Shown here piece after piece: positions 38,822 to 48,454 of a DNA stretch of 64,000 nucleotides. How positions within the stretch are numbered: position 1 is the stretch's first letter; each line of letters begins with the position of its first letter. This DNA is from Chloroflexota bacterium (lineage in GTDB: Bacteria; Chloroflexota; UBA11872; VXOZ01), in NCBI GenBank assembly GCA_963662335.2, contig CAXXVD010000005.1, forward strand, positions 608,001 to 672,000, read 5' to 3'. The position numbers and the translations under genes were made by a program. The notes under the pieces were generated by a model, which worked only from the letters and a program-made list of their open reading frames with translations, was not told the DNA's origin and did no database searches.

Positions 38822-41659
38822 CTATCCCGTCGATTGCACGCCGGCCGCGATGCCGTTGATGGTCTGGAAAATCCCTTCCAGCAAGCGCCGCGCCTCCGGC
38901 GGCAGTTCGTCCAGCGGCGTTTCCGCCTCCGCGCTGAAGCTTTCCCGCCACTCCCGCATCATGCGCACTTGCAGGCAGTGCAGCGGGTCCACGTAGGGAT
39001 TGCGCAGCAGGATCGAGCGTTGGAGCACCGGCGACGAATCCAGCAGGTGGTCCTGGGCCGTTATTTGCAGGAGCGCGTCCCGCGTGCGTTGATATTCATC
39101 CGCAATGGCAGTATAGACCTTTTCGCGCACGGCGTCGTCCGCCACCAGGCCCGCGTAGAGGCGCGCCACCGACATATCGGCGGTGCCGATGCTCAACTGG
39201 GCGTTGTCGATGAGCGAGCGGAAGAAGACCCAGCGGCGGTACATCGCCTGCAGGCGTGCCAGATTGCCCGCGTCCGCGGCGATAAACGACTGCAAGGCGC
39301 TGCCCACGCCGTACCAACCCGGCACGTTATGTCTACTTTGCGTCCAGGCGAACACCCACGGTATCGCCCGCAGGTCTTCCACCCGGTCACCGCCTTTGCG
39401 CGAGGCCGGCCGCGACCCCACGTTCATGCGGCTGATGTATGCAATCGGCGTGGCCTGCTGGTAGTACGTGCGCAGTGCCGGCGTCTCGTAGATCAACGCG
39501 CGGTAAGCGCGAAACGCCGTTTGCGAGAGCGCGGCCATCGTTTCCTCCCAGTCCGGCTCCAGCGAGGCGCGGGACTCTAACACGCTGGGACTGAGCCGCG
39601 CCAGGAGCATGGCGTGGATAACCTGCTCCAGGTTGCGGTGCGCCACCGGCCGCCGCCCGTAGCGGGAGAAGATGACCTCCCCCTGCTCGGTCAGCTTCAT
39701 GCCGCCCGCCAGCGAATCCGGCGGCTGCGCCATGATCGCCCGGTTGGTCGGCCCGCCGCCCCGGCCCAGCGCGCCGCCGCGACCATGGAAGAGTTGCACG
39801 GTCACGCCGTGCGCCCGGCAGGCGGCCACCACCTGCTTCTGCGCGCAGTAGAGTTCCCACGTGGAGGTGAGGAAGCCGCCGTCCTTATTGCTGTCCGAGT
39901 AGCCCAGCATGACCTCGCAGCGGTCGTCCCAGCAGGCCACGTGCGCGCGGAAAATGGGAATGGCAAGCAGCGCGTGAATGAACTCGCGGCCGCCGCGCAA
40001 GTCCTCGATAGTTTCGAGCAGCGGCACGATCTTGAGGCGGCTTGCGCTCACCCGGCCGGCTGAATCCACCTGCCAGAGCCCCGCTTCTTTGGCCAGCAGC
40101 GCCACTTCCAGCACGTCGCTCACGGCCTCGGTGAAGCTGATGACGTAGGTGTTGCAGGCCTCGACTCCCACCTCCACCTGCATACGGGCGATGCTGGCAA
40201 ACGTGTCGAACGCCTGGCGGGCGGCGGCGGAAACCGCGAGTTCCGCGAAGCCAATGGTGGCTGGGTCGGACAACAAGCGGGTCAGCAGCGCCACTTTGGC
40301 CGCTTCAGCCAAGCCGCTGTAGCGCGGCGTGACCTCGCTAGCGGCCAAGTACTCATCCAGCGTAGCGGCATGGACGCCGCTGTGCTCGCGCACGTCCAGG
40401 TCCACCAAGTGAAAGCCGAAAACCTGCACCCGCCGGATCACGTCGCGCAGCCGGCCGTTGGCAATGCGCTCGCCGCCGTTTTCAACCAAGCTCTCCCGCA
40501 TGAGTTGGAGATCGGCCAGCAACGCGCCGGGGTCGTGATACGCGCCCGCGGCCGCGGCCCCGCCGCCGGCGTAGCGTCTTCTGGTGCGCGCCAGGCGCTT
40601 CTGCATGAACTGGATCTTCGTCCGGTATGGTTCCGCCAGGTCCGCTTTGGCGCCGACGCCCGCGCCGGGCAGAGACGTTCGGTCGCTGGCAATGGAATCT
40701 AGCAACTCTTGTGAAACGGCAGTGTAACGGGCGGAGAGGCTCAGCACCCGCCAGAGTTCGTCCAAATCTCGTGTGTACCGCTCGAGAATCAGCGAGCGGT
40801 GCATGCGCAGGGTCTCCTCGGTCACGCGCGGTGTCACGAAGGGATTGCCGTCCCGGTCGCCGCCCATCCACGAGCCAAAGGTGAGGAAGCGCGGCACGGC
40901 AAAATCGTCATCCGCATAACTTGCTTGCAGCGCGTCTTCCAATTCGTGGTAGAGCGCCGGGATTACGTCCAGCAGCACCTGGTCGAAGTAGTAGAGGCCG
41001 TCGTCCACCTCGCCCAGCACCGTGGGCCGTTCCCAGGGTGTGATGTCGGTCTGCGCCAGAATCGTCACGATTTCATGAATCTTCTCGCTGGCGCCGCGTT
41101 CCAAAGAGAGGTCGTGGCGGTTGTTCTCGCGTTCGGCCAGACAGGTGCGCAGCAACTCCAGGAAGACCAGCAGCGTGCGCCGCCGCACCTCCGTGGGGTG
41201 CCGCGTGAAGACGGGACGCAGGGAAAGCAACGCCAGGATGGGCGCGAGTTCCGCCGGCGTGACCCCTTCGCTCTTGAGCCGCCCCACGGCGGCGGCAATG
41301 GACTCGTAGCGCGGCTGCGGATAGCTTTCGCGTTGGTTCTCCCTCATGCGGCGCAGACGGTGCTGCTCCTCGGCGGCATTGATCAGATAGAAGTAGAGTG
41401 AGAAGGCGCGCGCTACGGCGAACATCTCTTCCTGCTGCAAGTCGGCAACTGAATCCGCCAGCGGTTGCAGTGATACGGTTGCGGTGGTCGTGCGCTGCCA
41501 AATGGCGCGCAGGCGAATGTCCTCAACCAGATCCAGCAGCGCCGCGCCGTGCTGTTCGCGCAGCACGTTGCCGAGCACGCTGCCGAGAAAGTGCACGTCG
41601 TCGCGCAATTGCTCGATCGGCACCCGGCGCAAGGCTGTCTGTCTTGGCTCGTCTTCCAT
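38822..41659 (-). CDS. ppc: Phosphoenolpyruvate carboxylase
   Basis: HPTE, SWMGGDRDGNP, VMLGYSDSNKDGG, FHGRGG and LRAIPWVFAWTQ motifs. Confidence 0.96.
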   Translation of the reverse strand: MEDEPRQTALRRVPIEQLRDDVHFLGSVLGNVLREQHGAALLDLVEDIRLRAIWQRTTTATVSLQPLADSVADLQQEEMFAVARAFSLYFYLINAAEEQHRLRRMRENQRESYPQPRYESIAAAVGRLKSEGVTPAELAPILALLSLRPVFTRHPTEVRRRTLLVFLELLRTCLAERENNRHDLSLERGASEKIHEIVTILAQTDITPWERPTVLGEVDDGLYYFDQVLLDVIPALYHELEDALQASYADDDFAVPRFLTFGSWMGGDRDGNPFVTPRVTEETLRMHRSLILERYTRDLDELWRVLSLSARYTAVSQELLDSIASDRTSLPGAGVGAKADLAEPYRTKIQFMQKRLARTRRRYAGGGAAAAGAYHDPGALLADLQLMRESLVENGGERIANGRLRDVIRRVQVFGFHLVDLDVREHSGVHAATLDEYLAASEVTPRYSGLAEAAKVALLTRLLSDPATIGFAELAVSAAARQAFDTFASIARMQVEVGVEACNTYVISFTEAVSDVLEVALLAKEAGLWQVDSAGRVSASRLKIVPLLETIEDLRGGREFIHALLAIPIFRAHVACWDDRCEVMLGYSDSNKDGGFLTSTWELYCAQKQVVAACRAHGVTVQLFHGRGGALGRGGGPTNRAIMAQPPDSLAGGMKLTEQGEVIFSRYGRRPVAHRNLEQVIHAMLLARLSPSVLESRASLEPDWEETMAALSQTAFRAYRALIYETPALRTYYQQATPIAYISRMNVGSRPASRKGGDRVEDLRAIPWVFAWTQSRHNVPGWYGVGSALQSFIAADAGNLARLQAMYRRWVFFRSLIDNAQLSIGTADMSVARLYAGLVADDAVREKVYTAIADEYQRTRDALLQITAQDHLLDSSPVLQRSILLRNPYVDPLHCLQVRMMREWRESFSAEAETPLDELPPEARRLLEGIFQTINGIAAGVQSTG

Positions 41660-41865
41660 CGTCTCCACCACGTTCAAACTGCCGCCCACAACGCAGTCAG
41701 CGCCTGCGCCGTTCTAATGTTCGATTGCCAACCGCAACGCGCGCCGGTCAACCGTGCACGGCCCGCGATCATCCTTATCATGCCACATCCAGGCGCCCAT
41801 TGACCCACAAGACTTCCTCTCTCAGGGCAGACTCTCCCTCTTCCTGGCTGCCAGGGATATGCAAA

Positions 41866-42032
41866 TGTCATTCCGAGCGCAGCGAGGAATCTAAAGCTGC
41901 TGACTTTGGAGGGCTGTGCATTAGATTCCGCGAACAGGGTTCGACACTCCGCTGCGCTCCGTTCGGAATGACAGGTGAAGTCGATTATAGAAAACTTACC
42001 CCTGTCAGCTGGGGAGAGGGACGGGGTGAGGG
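41866..42032. repeat. REP-like inverted elements between ppc and murJ
   Basis: TGTCATTCCGAGCG...TTCGGAATGACA at 41866-41973; GGGGAGAGGGACGGGGTGAGGG near 42011. Confidence 0.7.
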
Positions 42033-42065
42033 TATTCTGCGCCCGGAGATCACTTACAGGCCGCA

Positions 42066-43721
42066 TCAAATCCGCAAAGCCGCGCGCAGACGAGCGGGGG
42101 CCATTTCGGCCAGCAAACCGAGTTCAGGCAGACCAATCAAACGAAGTAAGCCGAGATACGCCAGCAGCAGCGCCCCGCCGCCGCCCACGATCAGCGCCAG
42201 CAGGCCCGCCGCACCCGCCGCCCCGGCCAGCGCGCTATGGACGAACAACATGCCGCCCGCGGCCAGCGCCACCAACAGCGTGCACGCCCCAACCGGCGCA
42301 AAGAAGCGGCCAAAGCCCGCGCCGCCCACGCCGCCCAGCAGCCGATTGAGCAGCCAGAGCATCACCAGCGCGTGGCCGGCGTTCTGCGCGGTGTTGGCCA
42401 GCACCAGCCCCGGCATGCCCAGCAGGCCCAGCAGCGGCAGCGCCACCGCCAGGTAGAAGCCGATGCCCAGAATGCCGACCAGCACGGGCGTGCGCGTATT
42501 CTTGCGCGCGTAGTAGGCAAAGATGAAGAGTTGATCCAACCCCGTCAGCGGCAGTTGCAGGCTGTAGAGCAGGAGCGCCAAGCCGGTAGCGCCGGTATCC
42601 GCGGCATCGAACGCGCCCCGCTGGTAGACGAGCTCCACGATCTCCCGGTGCCACACCAGCATCAGGGCGAAGAGCGGCAGCATGAGCAAGAGAATGAGCC
42701 GCACGCCCTGGCTGAGAATGCGCCGGAAGTCGGTCAGGTCGCGGTTGCCGCTCGCTGCGGCCAGCAGGGGCAGCACCGCCAGCGCGATCGCCGACCCCAC
42801 CAAGCCCAACGGCAGTTGCACCAGCCGGGTGGCGTAGTTCATGGCCGCGATGCTGTCCTGGCCCGTGCAGGACGCCAGGTTGCGGTCCAGGACGATGGCA
42901 AGCTGGGTGATGATAAGCCCGGCGAAAACGGGCGCGTAGAGGCGCAGGATGCGGGGCACGGCCGGGTGCGTGAAAGCCAACCGCGGCCGCAATCCCATGC
43001 GCCACAGGCCGGGCGCCTGGAACACCAATTGCCCAGCGGAACCGACCAGCACGCCGGCCGCCAGACTGGCAACCCCGAGCCGGTTCACGAAGAGCAAGGC
43101 GGTGAGGATGATGCCCAGGTTATAGACCGCCGCGCAAAAGGCCGGATAGTGCGGTCGTTGACCGGCGTAGAGCGCCGCGTTAACCACCCCGGACAGTCCG
43201 AGAAAGGCCGCGGCCGGCAGCGTGAGGCGAGTCAGCCAGACCGTCTGCGCCAGCAATTCCGGCGCGGGGCCGCCGCCCGCCGCCCCGCTTGCGGCCTGCG
43301 ACGAGATGAGGCACTGGTTGGCAAGCTGACCGGCAAAGCCCGGCACGAGCACGCGCACCAACGGCTCCGCAAAGAGGCTGAGCAGCACCACCATGCCGCC
43401 CAACACTACCGCCGCCAACGCGAGCATGGCGCCGAACAGCGCCGAGAACTCGCGGCTGTTCCGCCCGCGCCCGTCAGGGCGCGCGTATTCCGCGAATACG
43501 GGCACCAGCGCCGCCGTCACCGCGCCGCCGAGCAGCAGGTCGTAGAGCATCGTCGGCACTTGGGTCGCCGCCACGAAGGAAGAGGCGTCCCCGCTCACGC
43601 CGAAGAGGTAGGCGATCGTCTGCTCGCGCACCAGGCCCAGAACGCGGCTGACCACCGCGCCGACTAGCAGCACCAGCGCGGCGCGCGCCAGGATCGCGTC
43701 GGTGGCCGCCGGCGCGCTCAT
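42066..43721 (-). CDS. murJ: Lipid II flippase MurJ (MviN)
   Basis: SRVLGLVRE, ALVPVF, QLPLG, YQRGAF and YYARKNTRTP motifs. Confidence 0.92.
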   Translation of the reverse strand: MSAPAATDAILARAALVLLVGAVVSRVLGLVREQTIAYLFGVSGDASSFVAATQVPTMLYDLLLGGAVTAALVPVFAEYARPDGRGRNSREFSALFGAMLALAAVVLGGMVVLLSLFAEPLVRVLVPGFAGQLANQCLISSQAASGAAGGGPAPELLAQTVWLTRLTLPAAAFLGLSGVVNAALYAGQRPHYPAFCAAVYNLGIILTALLFVNRLGVASLAAGVLVGSAGQLVFQAPGLWRMGLRPRLAFTHPAVPRILRLYAPVFAGLIITQLAIVLDRNLASCTGQDSIAAMNYATRLVQLPLGLVGSAIALAVLPLLAAASGNRDLTDFRRILSQGVRLILLLMLPLFALMLVWHREIVELVYQRGAFDAADTGATGLALLLYSLQLPLTGLDQLFIFAYYARKNTRTPVLVGILGIGFYLAVALPLLGLLGMPGLVLANTAQNAGHALVMLWLLNRLLGGVGGAGFGRFFAPVGACTLLVALAAGGMLFVHSALAGAAGAAGLLALIVGGGGALLLAYLGLLRLIGLPELGLLAEMAPARLRAALRI

Positions 43722-43838
43722 CTAAGCGGCGGCGCGTGGCGCGAAATCGCCGCGTGACGCGAAATCGCCGCGTGGCGCGAAGTCGCCGCGTGGCGCGAAA
43801 TCGCCGCGTGACGCACAATCGTCTCGCGGCGCGCTCAT
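43722..43838 (-). other. 38-aa mini-ORF built from 18-bp tandem repeats (RGDF x4), in frame with murJ
   Basis: MSAPRDDCASRGDFAPRGDFAPRGDFASRGDFAPRAAA*; ATGA overlap upstream; its TAG abuts the murJ ATG. Confidence 0.5.
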
Positions 43839-45559
43839 CCACTTCGCCTCCGCCGCCAGCGGCGCAGGCCCGCGCGCGCGCCCAGAACGGCCGCGCCGAT
43901 TGCGGCCAACGGAATGCCAAAGATCAGCAGCCAAATCAGCACGTCCACCGCCCGCTGCGCCACGACCACCAGCGCCGCCAGACCGGCCTCGACCGTCCGG
44001 CCCGGCCGCCACACCGAGCGTCTGGAGACATCCTCGCGCAGCGCGGTCACGTACGCGTCGGCGCGGTTGTTGAACGTCACCGCATCGGGTTGTTCGGCGG
44101 CAATGGAAATGGGAATCTGCAGGCGGCCTTCCGCCACGTCCAGCCGCAAGCGCATTGTCGCGTCGATGCCGGCGCCGGCTTCCAGCCGTCCGAGTTGCCA
44201 CACCACGCTGCCCGTCTCGCGGTCGTAGCTGCCGCCGCCATCCGCCCGCACGAAGGTCATCCCCGCCGGAATTTCCGCCCGCACCGTCACGTCGGCAGCG
44301 TCAGCCGTGCCCACGTTGGCGGCGTAGATCCAAATCGACACGTCGCTCCCCTGCGCGCCCGCGGCGGGGCTTTCAACGTTCAGCGTGAGGTCCGGCGCGA
44401 ACGTCAACGTGAGCGCCGCCGTATTGTCGGCGGCGTCGGCCTCCGCGCTCGCGGATCGGATCGCGGCTTCAAGCCGGATGCCGGCGGCGGCATCATCCAC
44501 GCGCAGGTGGGCAAACACGCTGCCAACCGCGCCGGCCGCGACGTCCGCCAGATTCCAGCGGATTTCGCGAGACGACGCTTCGTATTGACCGCCTTCGCTC
44601 AGTTCGTACACGCTGAGGCGCTCAGGCAGGCTGAGCGTGAGGCTGCCGGCCCGCGCCGCCACGCTGCCGCTGTTGCGGTACGTGAGCGTAAACGTCGTCA
44701 CGGCGCGCGCCGCGGGCGGGCTACCGGCGGCAATTTCTACCGCGAGATCAGGTGGGGCGTGCAGCAGCAACCGGATCGTCGCCAGCGCGATGCGGTCCTG
44801 CAAGACGTTCAAGCGGCCCTGCAGCCGCTCGCTCTCGCCACGCACTTCCGCCAGGCGCTTCTCGATTTGCAGCAGGTCTTCAACCGTGTCGGCCTGTTCC
44901 ACCAGGGCGAGCAGTTGCGTTTCGGCGGCGGCGAGGTTGCGGAGGCGCGCGTCCAGGTCGGTGTATTCCTCCGTGACGTCGCGGGCGGTCGTCTGCTCCG
45001 CAAGGACCTCCTCTGCCAGCCCCCGCAATTCCGCCAACGCCCGGTCGAACGCCGCCGCCGGCACCCGCAGCGTGAGCGCCGTTGGCCGGGGATCGCCGGC
45101 CCGCCGCGTCTCGGCAGCGGCTATGAACGCGCCCGGCATACCGGCAAGGATTTGCTCAACCGCCGCCACGGCGGCCGCCGGGTCCGCCACCACGATGGTC
45201 AACGTGCCGTCGCGGATGACCTTCGCGTCCTCGGCAAAGGAAACCCTCGCCGCGGGAGCCGGCGCGGCTGCCGCGACTTTGGCGTTGGCCGCGGCCTGGG
45301 CCGCGGGCGCTTCCCGTGGGGCAACCTGTGGTGAATCCACCGCCGACTTCATGGCCGGCGCCTCGTCCGCGGCGTAGGCCTCCTCCGCCACGGCCAGCGC
45401 CATTTCGGATTCCTCGGTCGCACCCGCGCCAAAGAAGCCGTCCTCATCCCCGGACATGGCAGCGGGCAGGAAGAAAAGCGCGCCGCCCACAACGACCGCC
45501 GCCGCCAGCAGGGCGAGCAGCCCAACCAAGCCGCCAACCACCAGCAAGGCTCTCTTCAT
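43835..45559 (-). CDS. DUF4349-like membrane protein with two inserted DUF11-like (Ig-like) domains
   Basis: DVTEEYTDLDARL...LLQIEKRL coiled coil; two repeats of the DLxx...YxNxG...A...P.G type; terminal TM helices. Confidence 0.75.
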   Translation of the reverse strand: MKRALLVVGGLVGLLALLAAAVVVGGALFFLPAAMSGDEDGFFGAGATEESEMALAVAEEAYAADEAPAMKSAVDSPQVAPREAPAAQAAANAKVAAAAPAPAARVSFAEDAKVIRDGTLTIVVADPAAAVAAVEQILAGMPGAFIAAAETRRAGDPRPTALTLRVPAAAFDRALAELRGLAEEVLAEQTTARDVTEEYTDLDARLRNLAAAETQLLALVEQADTVEDLLQIEKRLAEVRGESERLQGRLNVLQDRIALATIRLLLHAPPDLAVEIAAGSPPAARAVTTFTLTYRNSGSVAARAGSLTLSLPERLSVYELSEGGQYEASSREIRWNLADVAAGAVGSVFAHLRVDDAAAGIRLEAAIRSASAEADAADNTAALTLTFAPDLTLNVESPAAGAQGSDVSIWIYAANVGTADAADVTVRAEIPAGMTFVRADGGGSYDRETGSVVWQLGRLEAGAGIDATMRLRLDVAEGRLQIPISIAAEQPDAVTFNNRADAYVTALREDVSRRSVWRPGRTVEAGLAALVVVAQRAVDVLIWLLIFGIPLAAIGAAVLGARAGLRRWRRRRSG

Positions 45560-45670
45560 GCGCTAGCTCCTTACCGCTCTCAAGCGCCGACTATCCCGCA
45601 ACCGGCCGCGCGCCGGCGGCTGCGGGAGCGGCAAGCCGGAATGCTTCGCCGCCGCGCTCGCTGCCAGGCG

Positions 45671-47056
45671 TCAGTCTTGGTCTGAGACTCGCCCGCCGCC
45701 GCTTTCCAGGGCTTTCATATAGGCGCGCATGGCGCGATCGGTCTTGCCCAGGCGCTGGTAGACGTCGCCAAGCTGCTGCCAGGCTTGCAGCTTATCCGGC
45801 GTGGATTCCGCTAGCGCCTCCAGGCGTTCCGCGATAGAGTCGGGCGCGGCGGCGCCCGCCCCATCCGCCTGCCGTTCCAGCGCGGCCAGCAATTCCTCCC
45901 AGGTATCCTCGTCCGGCTTGGCGTCCACAGCGGACTCCGTCTCCAGACCGAACTCCGCGTCCGCGACGGCGGCGGTGTCCGCGTCCGGCTGAGCGGCCGG
46001 CGCGGCAGCCGCTTCAACGTCTTCAGTCTCTGTGACAGCATGAGTGGCAGGCGTGTCCGCCGCCACTGCCTCCTCGGCCCTGGGAGCAGGCGTCACGATC
46101 ACGCGCGGGGCATCCGGTTGCCCCGCCTCCGCGCCGGACGCGGCCTGGGTAACCGCCGGCAATGGCGAATCGCGCGGCGTCTCTGCCGCCGCCGCAGCCT
46201 CCCGCGCAGCCGGCGCGCGTTCCGCGGCGCGTTCAGGCTCCGGCGCTCGCGTGGCGGCCAGTTCCGCCTCGATCCGTTGCAGGAAGTCCAGCGGCACGCT
46301 GATTTCCGCGTCGTCGCTGGGCAGCGGCAGGCGCGAAGGGCCGTTGGCCGGGTAGAGGGCGCGCGCCAACACGAAATCCGGGTCCACCTGGCGGGAACGC
46401 TCGAAGAACTGCCGCGCCTGATCCATCAGTCCCAGGTGCGCGCGCACGTCTGCGGAAAGCAAGATGGCCTTCAGGCAGTTCGGGTGCGCGCGGACGATCT
46501 CATCGGCCAGTCCGCCCGCCGCCTGCCGATCGCCATTGAGCCAGTGCGCCTCCATCAACGCCACGTGCGCGCTCCAGTGCACCTGGCGTTCTTCCAGCAA
46601 TTGGCACAGTTCGGCAATCGCATGCTCGATAAGACCGCTGCGCAGGTGAATGCGGGCGAGCCCAGTGCGCGTCAAGAGCGCCTCACCGGCGGACGCGCCG
46701 TCCTCTGCGCCCTGCAGCGCCACCACGCGCTGCTTCACCTCCGTGCGCGCGGGCTCGCACTCGAACGCCCGGCGCAGCGCGTCCAGCGTCTCTTCGTCCC
46801 GTCCCTGGGCTTCCAGCGCGTCGGCGTAGCTTGTGAGCGTGCGCGGATTCTCGGGGTCCATGTCGAGCGCCTGCGAGAAGTGATCCGCGGCCTGCTCGTA
46901 CCGACCCGCCGCCAGGGAGACGTGGCCCAACAGGGTGCGCGCCGCCAGGTTATGCGGCGACTGCGCCAGCGGGTAGCGGGCGATCTCTTCCGCCAGCGCA
47001 AAGCGCTCCAGCGCCAGCGCCTGCTCTCCCCACTGCAAGAAGTCCTTGAGCTTCAT
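45671..47056 (-). CDS. Tetratricopeptide-repeat protein with acidic/Ala-rich linker
   Basis: Several TPR-like helical pairs; C-terminal AWQQLGDVYQRLGKTDRAMRAYMKAL. Confidence 0.8.
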   Translation of the reverse strand: MKLKDFLQWGEQALALERFALAEEIARYPLAQSPHNLAARTLLGHVSLAAGRYEQAADHFSQALDMDPENPRTLTSYADALEAQGRDEETLDALRRAFECEPARTEVKQRVVALQGAEDGASAGEALLTRTGLARIHLRSGLIEHAIAELCQLLEERQVHWSAHVALMEAHWLNGDRQAAGGLADEIVRAHPNCLKAILLSADVRAHLGLMDQARQFFERSRQVDPDFVLARALYPANGPSRLPLPSDDAEISVPLDFLQRIEAELAATRAPEPERAAERAPAAREAAAAAETPRDSPLPAVTQAASGAEAGQPDAPRVIVTPAPRAEEAVAADTPATHAVTETEDVEAAAAPAAQPDADTAAVADAEFGLETESAVDAKPDEDTWEELLAALERQADGAGAAAPDSIAERLEALAESTPDKLQAWQQLGDVYQRLGKTDRAMRAYMKALESGGGRVSDQD

Positions 47057-47158
47057 ACTGTCCTGCGCTCCGCCGGTGTGCCGCGCCCAACGCGGCTTCA
47101 GGCCGCCGGTCAACCGTCACCGCACACCCGCCCCGCGCCGGCGCAGCGCCAACGCGGC

Positions 47159-48442
47159 CTAGTTCCACATGCTCACCAGATCTTCCATCGCCGCCCGATC
47201 GAGTCCCGGCCCTACCAGCGCCACGTGCGCCCAGCCGGGCACGAAGACGCGCTGCGCCGCGCGCAAGACGTCGTCGGCCGTAAGGTCGTCGAGGATAGCC
47301 AGCATTTCATCCAGTGTGAGCGTGGTATGCATGAGCACCTCTTGGCTGCCGTACCAACTGGCCACGTTCCAGCTATCTTCCATGCTCAGCAGCAGGCGGC
47401 CCTTGGTGAACTCGCGCACCTTATCCATCTCATCCGCCGTGAGCTTCTCCTGACGGATGCGGTCCACCTGCTCCCAGATGGCGGACAGGGCGCCGTCAAG
47501 GTGTGTATCCTCGACGCCGGCGGCAATGACGAACGCGCCGGTATCGAAGTATTGCTCGGCGTAGGAGTAGATGTCGTAGGCAAAGCCCAGCCGCTCCCGC
47601 ACTTCCACCGCCAACCGCGAACTCATGCCGTCGCCGAGGGCCGTATTGAGCAGTTCCAGCGCATGGCGGTCCGGATCGGCGTGGGAGAGACCCGTGCCGC
47701 CAATGCAAAGCTGCACCTGATTGTGGTCCTCGGGCTCCGTAAACACCCGCTCGTCCGGCTGGGTGGCCACCGCGGGCAGCCAGGCCGGGCCGGTGCCTTT
47801 CCGCAAACCGCCAAACGCCTCTTCCGCATGGGCCAAGGCCTGGTCCGCTTCCACGCCTCCCGCCACCACGAGCACCATGTTGTTGGCGCGGTAGAAATCT
47901 TCCAGGTGCTTGAGCAGGTCGTCCCGGGTGATGTGCATGATCGTCTCCGGGCGGCCGCCAATGTCCTCTCCCAACGGATGGCGCGGCCACAGCAGGCGCG
48001 ACATGAGGACGTGCACCCAATCCGACGGCGTATCCTGGTAGAGGTCAAGCTCCTCCAGAATCACGCCGCGCTCGCGCTCCACGTCGTCGGCGTGAAACGT
48101 GGGGTTCAGGATGATGTCCGAGAGGATGTCGAAGGCAATCGGCAGGTGCTGGGAGGCCACTTTCGCCCACACGACCGTCGCCTCGCGCCCGGTGCTCGCG
48201 TTCAACAAGCCGCCGGTGCGCTCGATCGCCTCCGCGATCTCCTGCGGGTCCGGCCGCTGGGCGGTGCCCTTGAAGAGCATGTGTTCCAGAAAGTGGGAGA
48301 GCCCCATCTGGTCGTACGGCTCGTAGCGAGACCCGGCGCCGCAGAAGAGGCTCACCGTCACGGCCCGGGTGTGCGGCATGGGCAAGACGAGCACCCGCAG
48401 TCCGTTTGGCAGGGTATGCCTACGCAAGGTCTGCCCTTTCAT
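47159..48442 (-). CDS. M16 (pitrilysin-family) zinc peptidase
   Basis: HFLEHMLFKGT, ERERGVILEE and GMSSRL motifs. Confidence 0.93.
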   Translation of the reverse strand: MKGQTLRRHTLPNGLRVLVLPMPHTRAVTVSLFCGAGSRYEPYDQMGLSHFLEHMLFKGTAQRPDPQEIAEAIERTGGLLNASTGREATVVWAKVASQHLPIAFDILSDIILNPTFHADDVERERGVILEELDLYQDTPSDWVHVLMSRLLWPRHPLGEDIGGRPETIMHITRDDLLKHLEDFYRANNMVLVVAGGVEADQALAHAEEAFGGLRKGTGPAWLPAVATQPDERVFTEPEDHNQVQLCIGGTGLSHADPDRHALELLNTALGDGMSSRLAVEVRERLGFAYDIYSYAEQYFDTGAFVIAAGVEDTHLDGALSAIWEQVDRIRQEKLTADEMDKVREFTKGRLLLSMEDSWNVASWYGSQEVLMHTTLTLDEMLAILDDLTADDVLRAAQRVFVPGWAHVALVGPGLDRAAMEDLVSMWN

Positions 48443-48454
48443 TGGTAGCGCCCA

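Noticed and set aside
41190-41220. Inactive PEP carboxylase (TRHPTE instead of TAHPTE)
   Set aside because: The catalytic His and all other signature motifs are intact; a single substitution is weak evidence
43722-43724. Pyrrolysine or programmed amber readthrough into murJ
   Set aside because: No pyl genes in the window, TAG is used as a normal stop by many genes here, and murJ has its own ATG
43741-43830. Mini-CRISPR or iteron array
   Set aside because: Contiguous 18-bp units without spacers; no replication gene nearby
46040-48448. 802-aa plus-strand ORF and similar long antisense ORFs (e.g. 13365, 43736, 50972, 60612)
   Set aside because: Shadow frames of real genes in high-GC DNA; Arg-rich and without motifs
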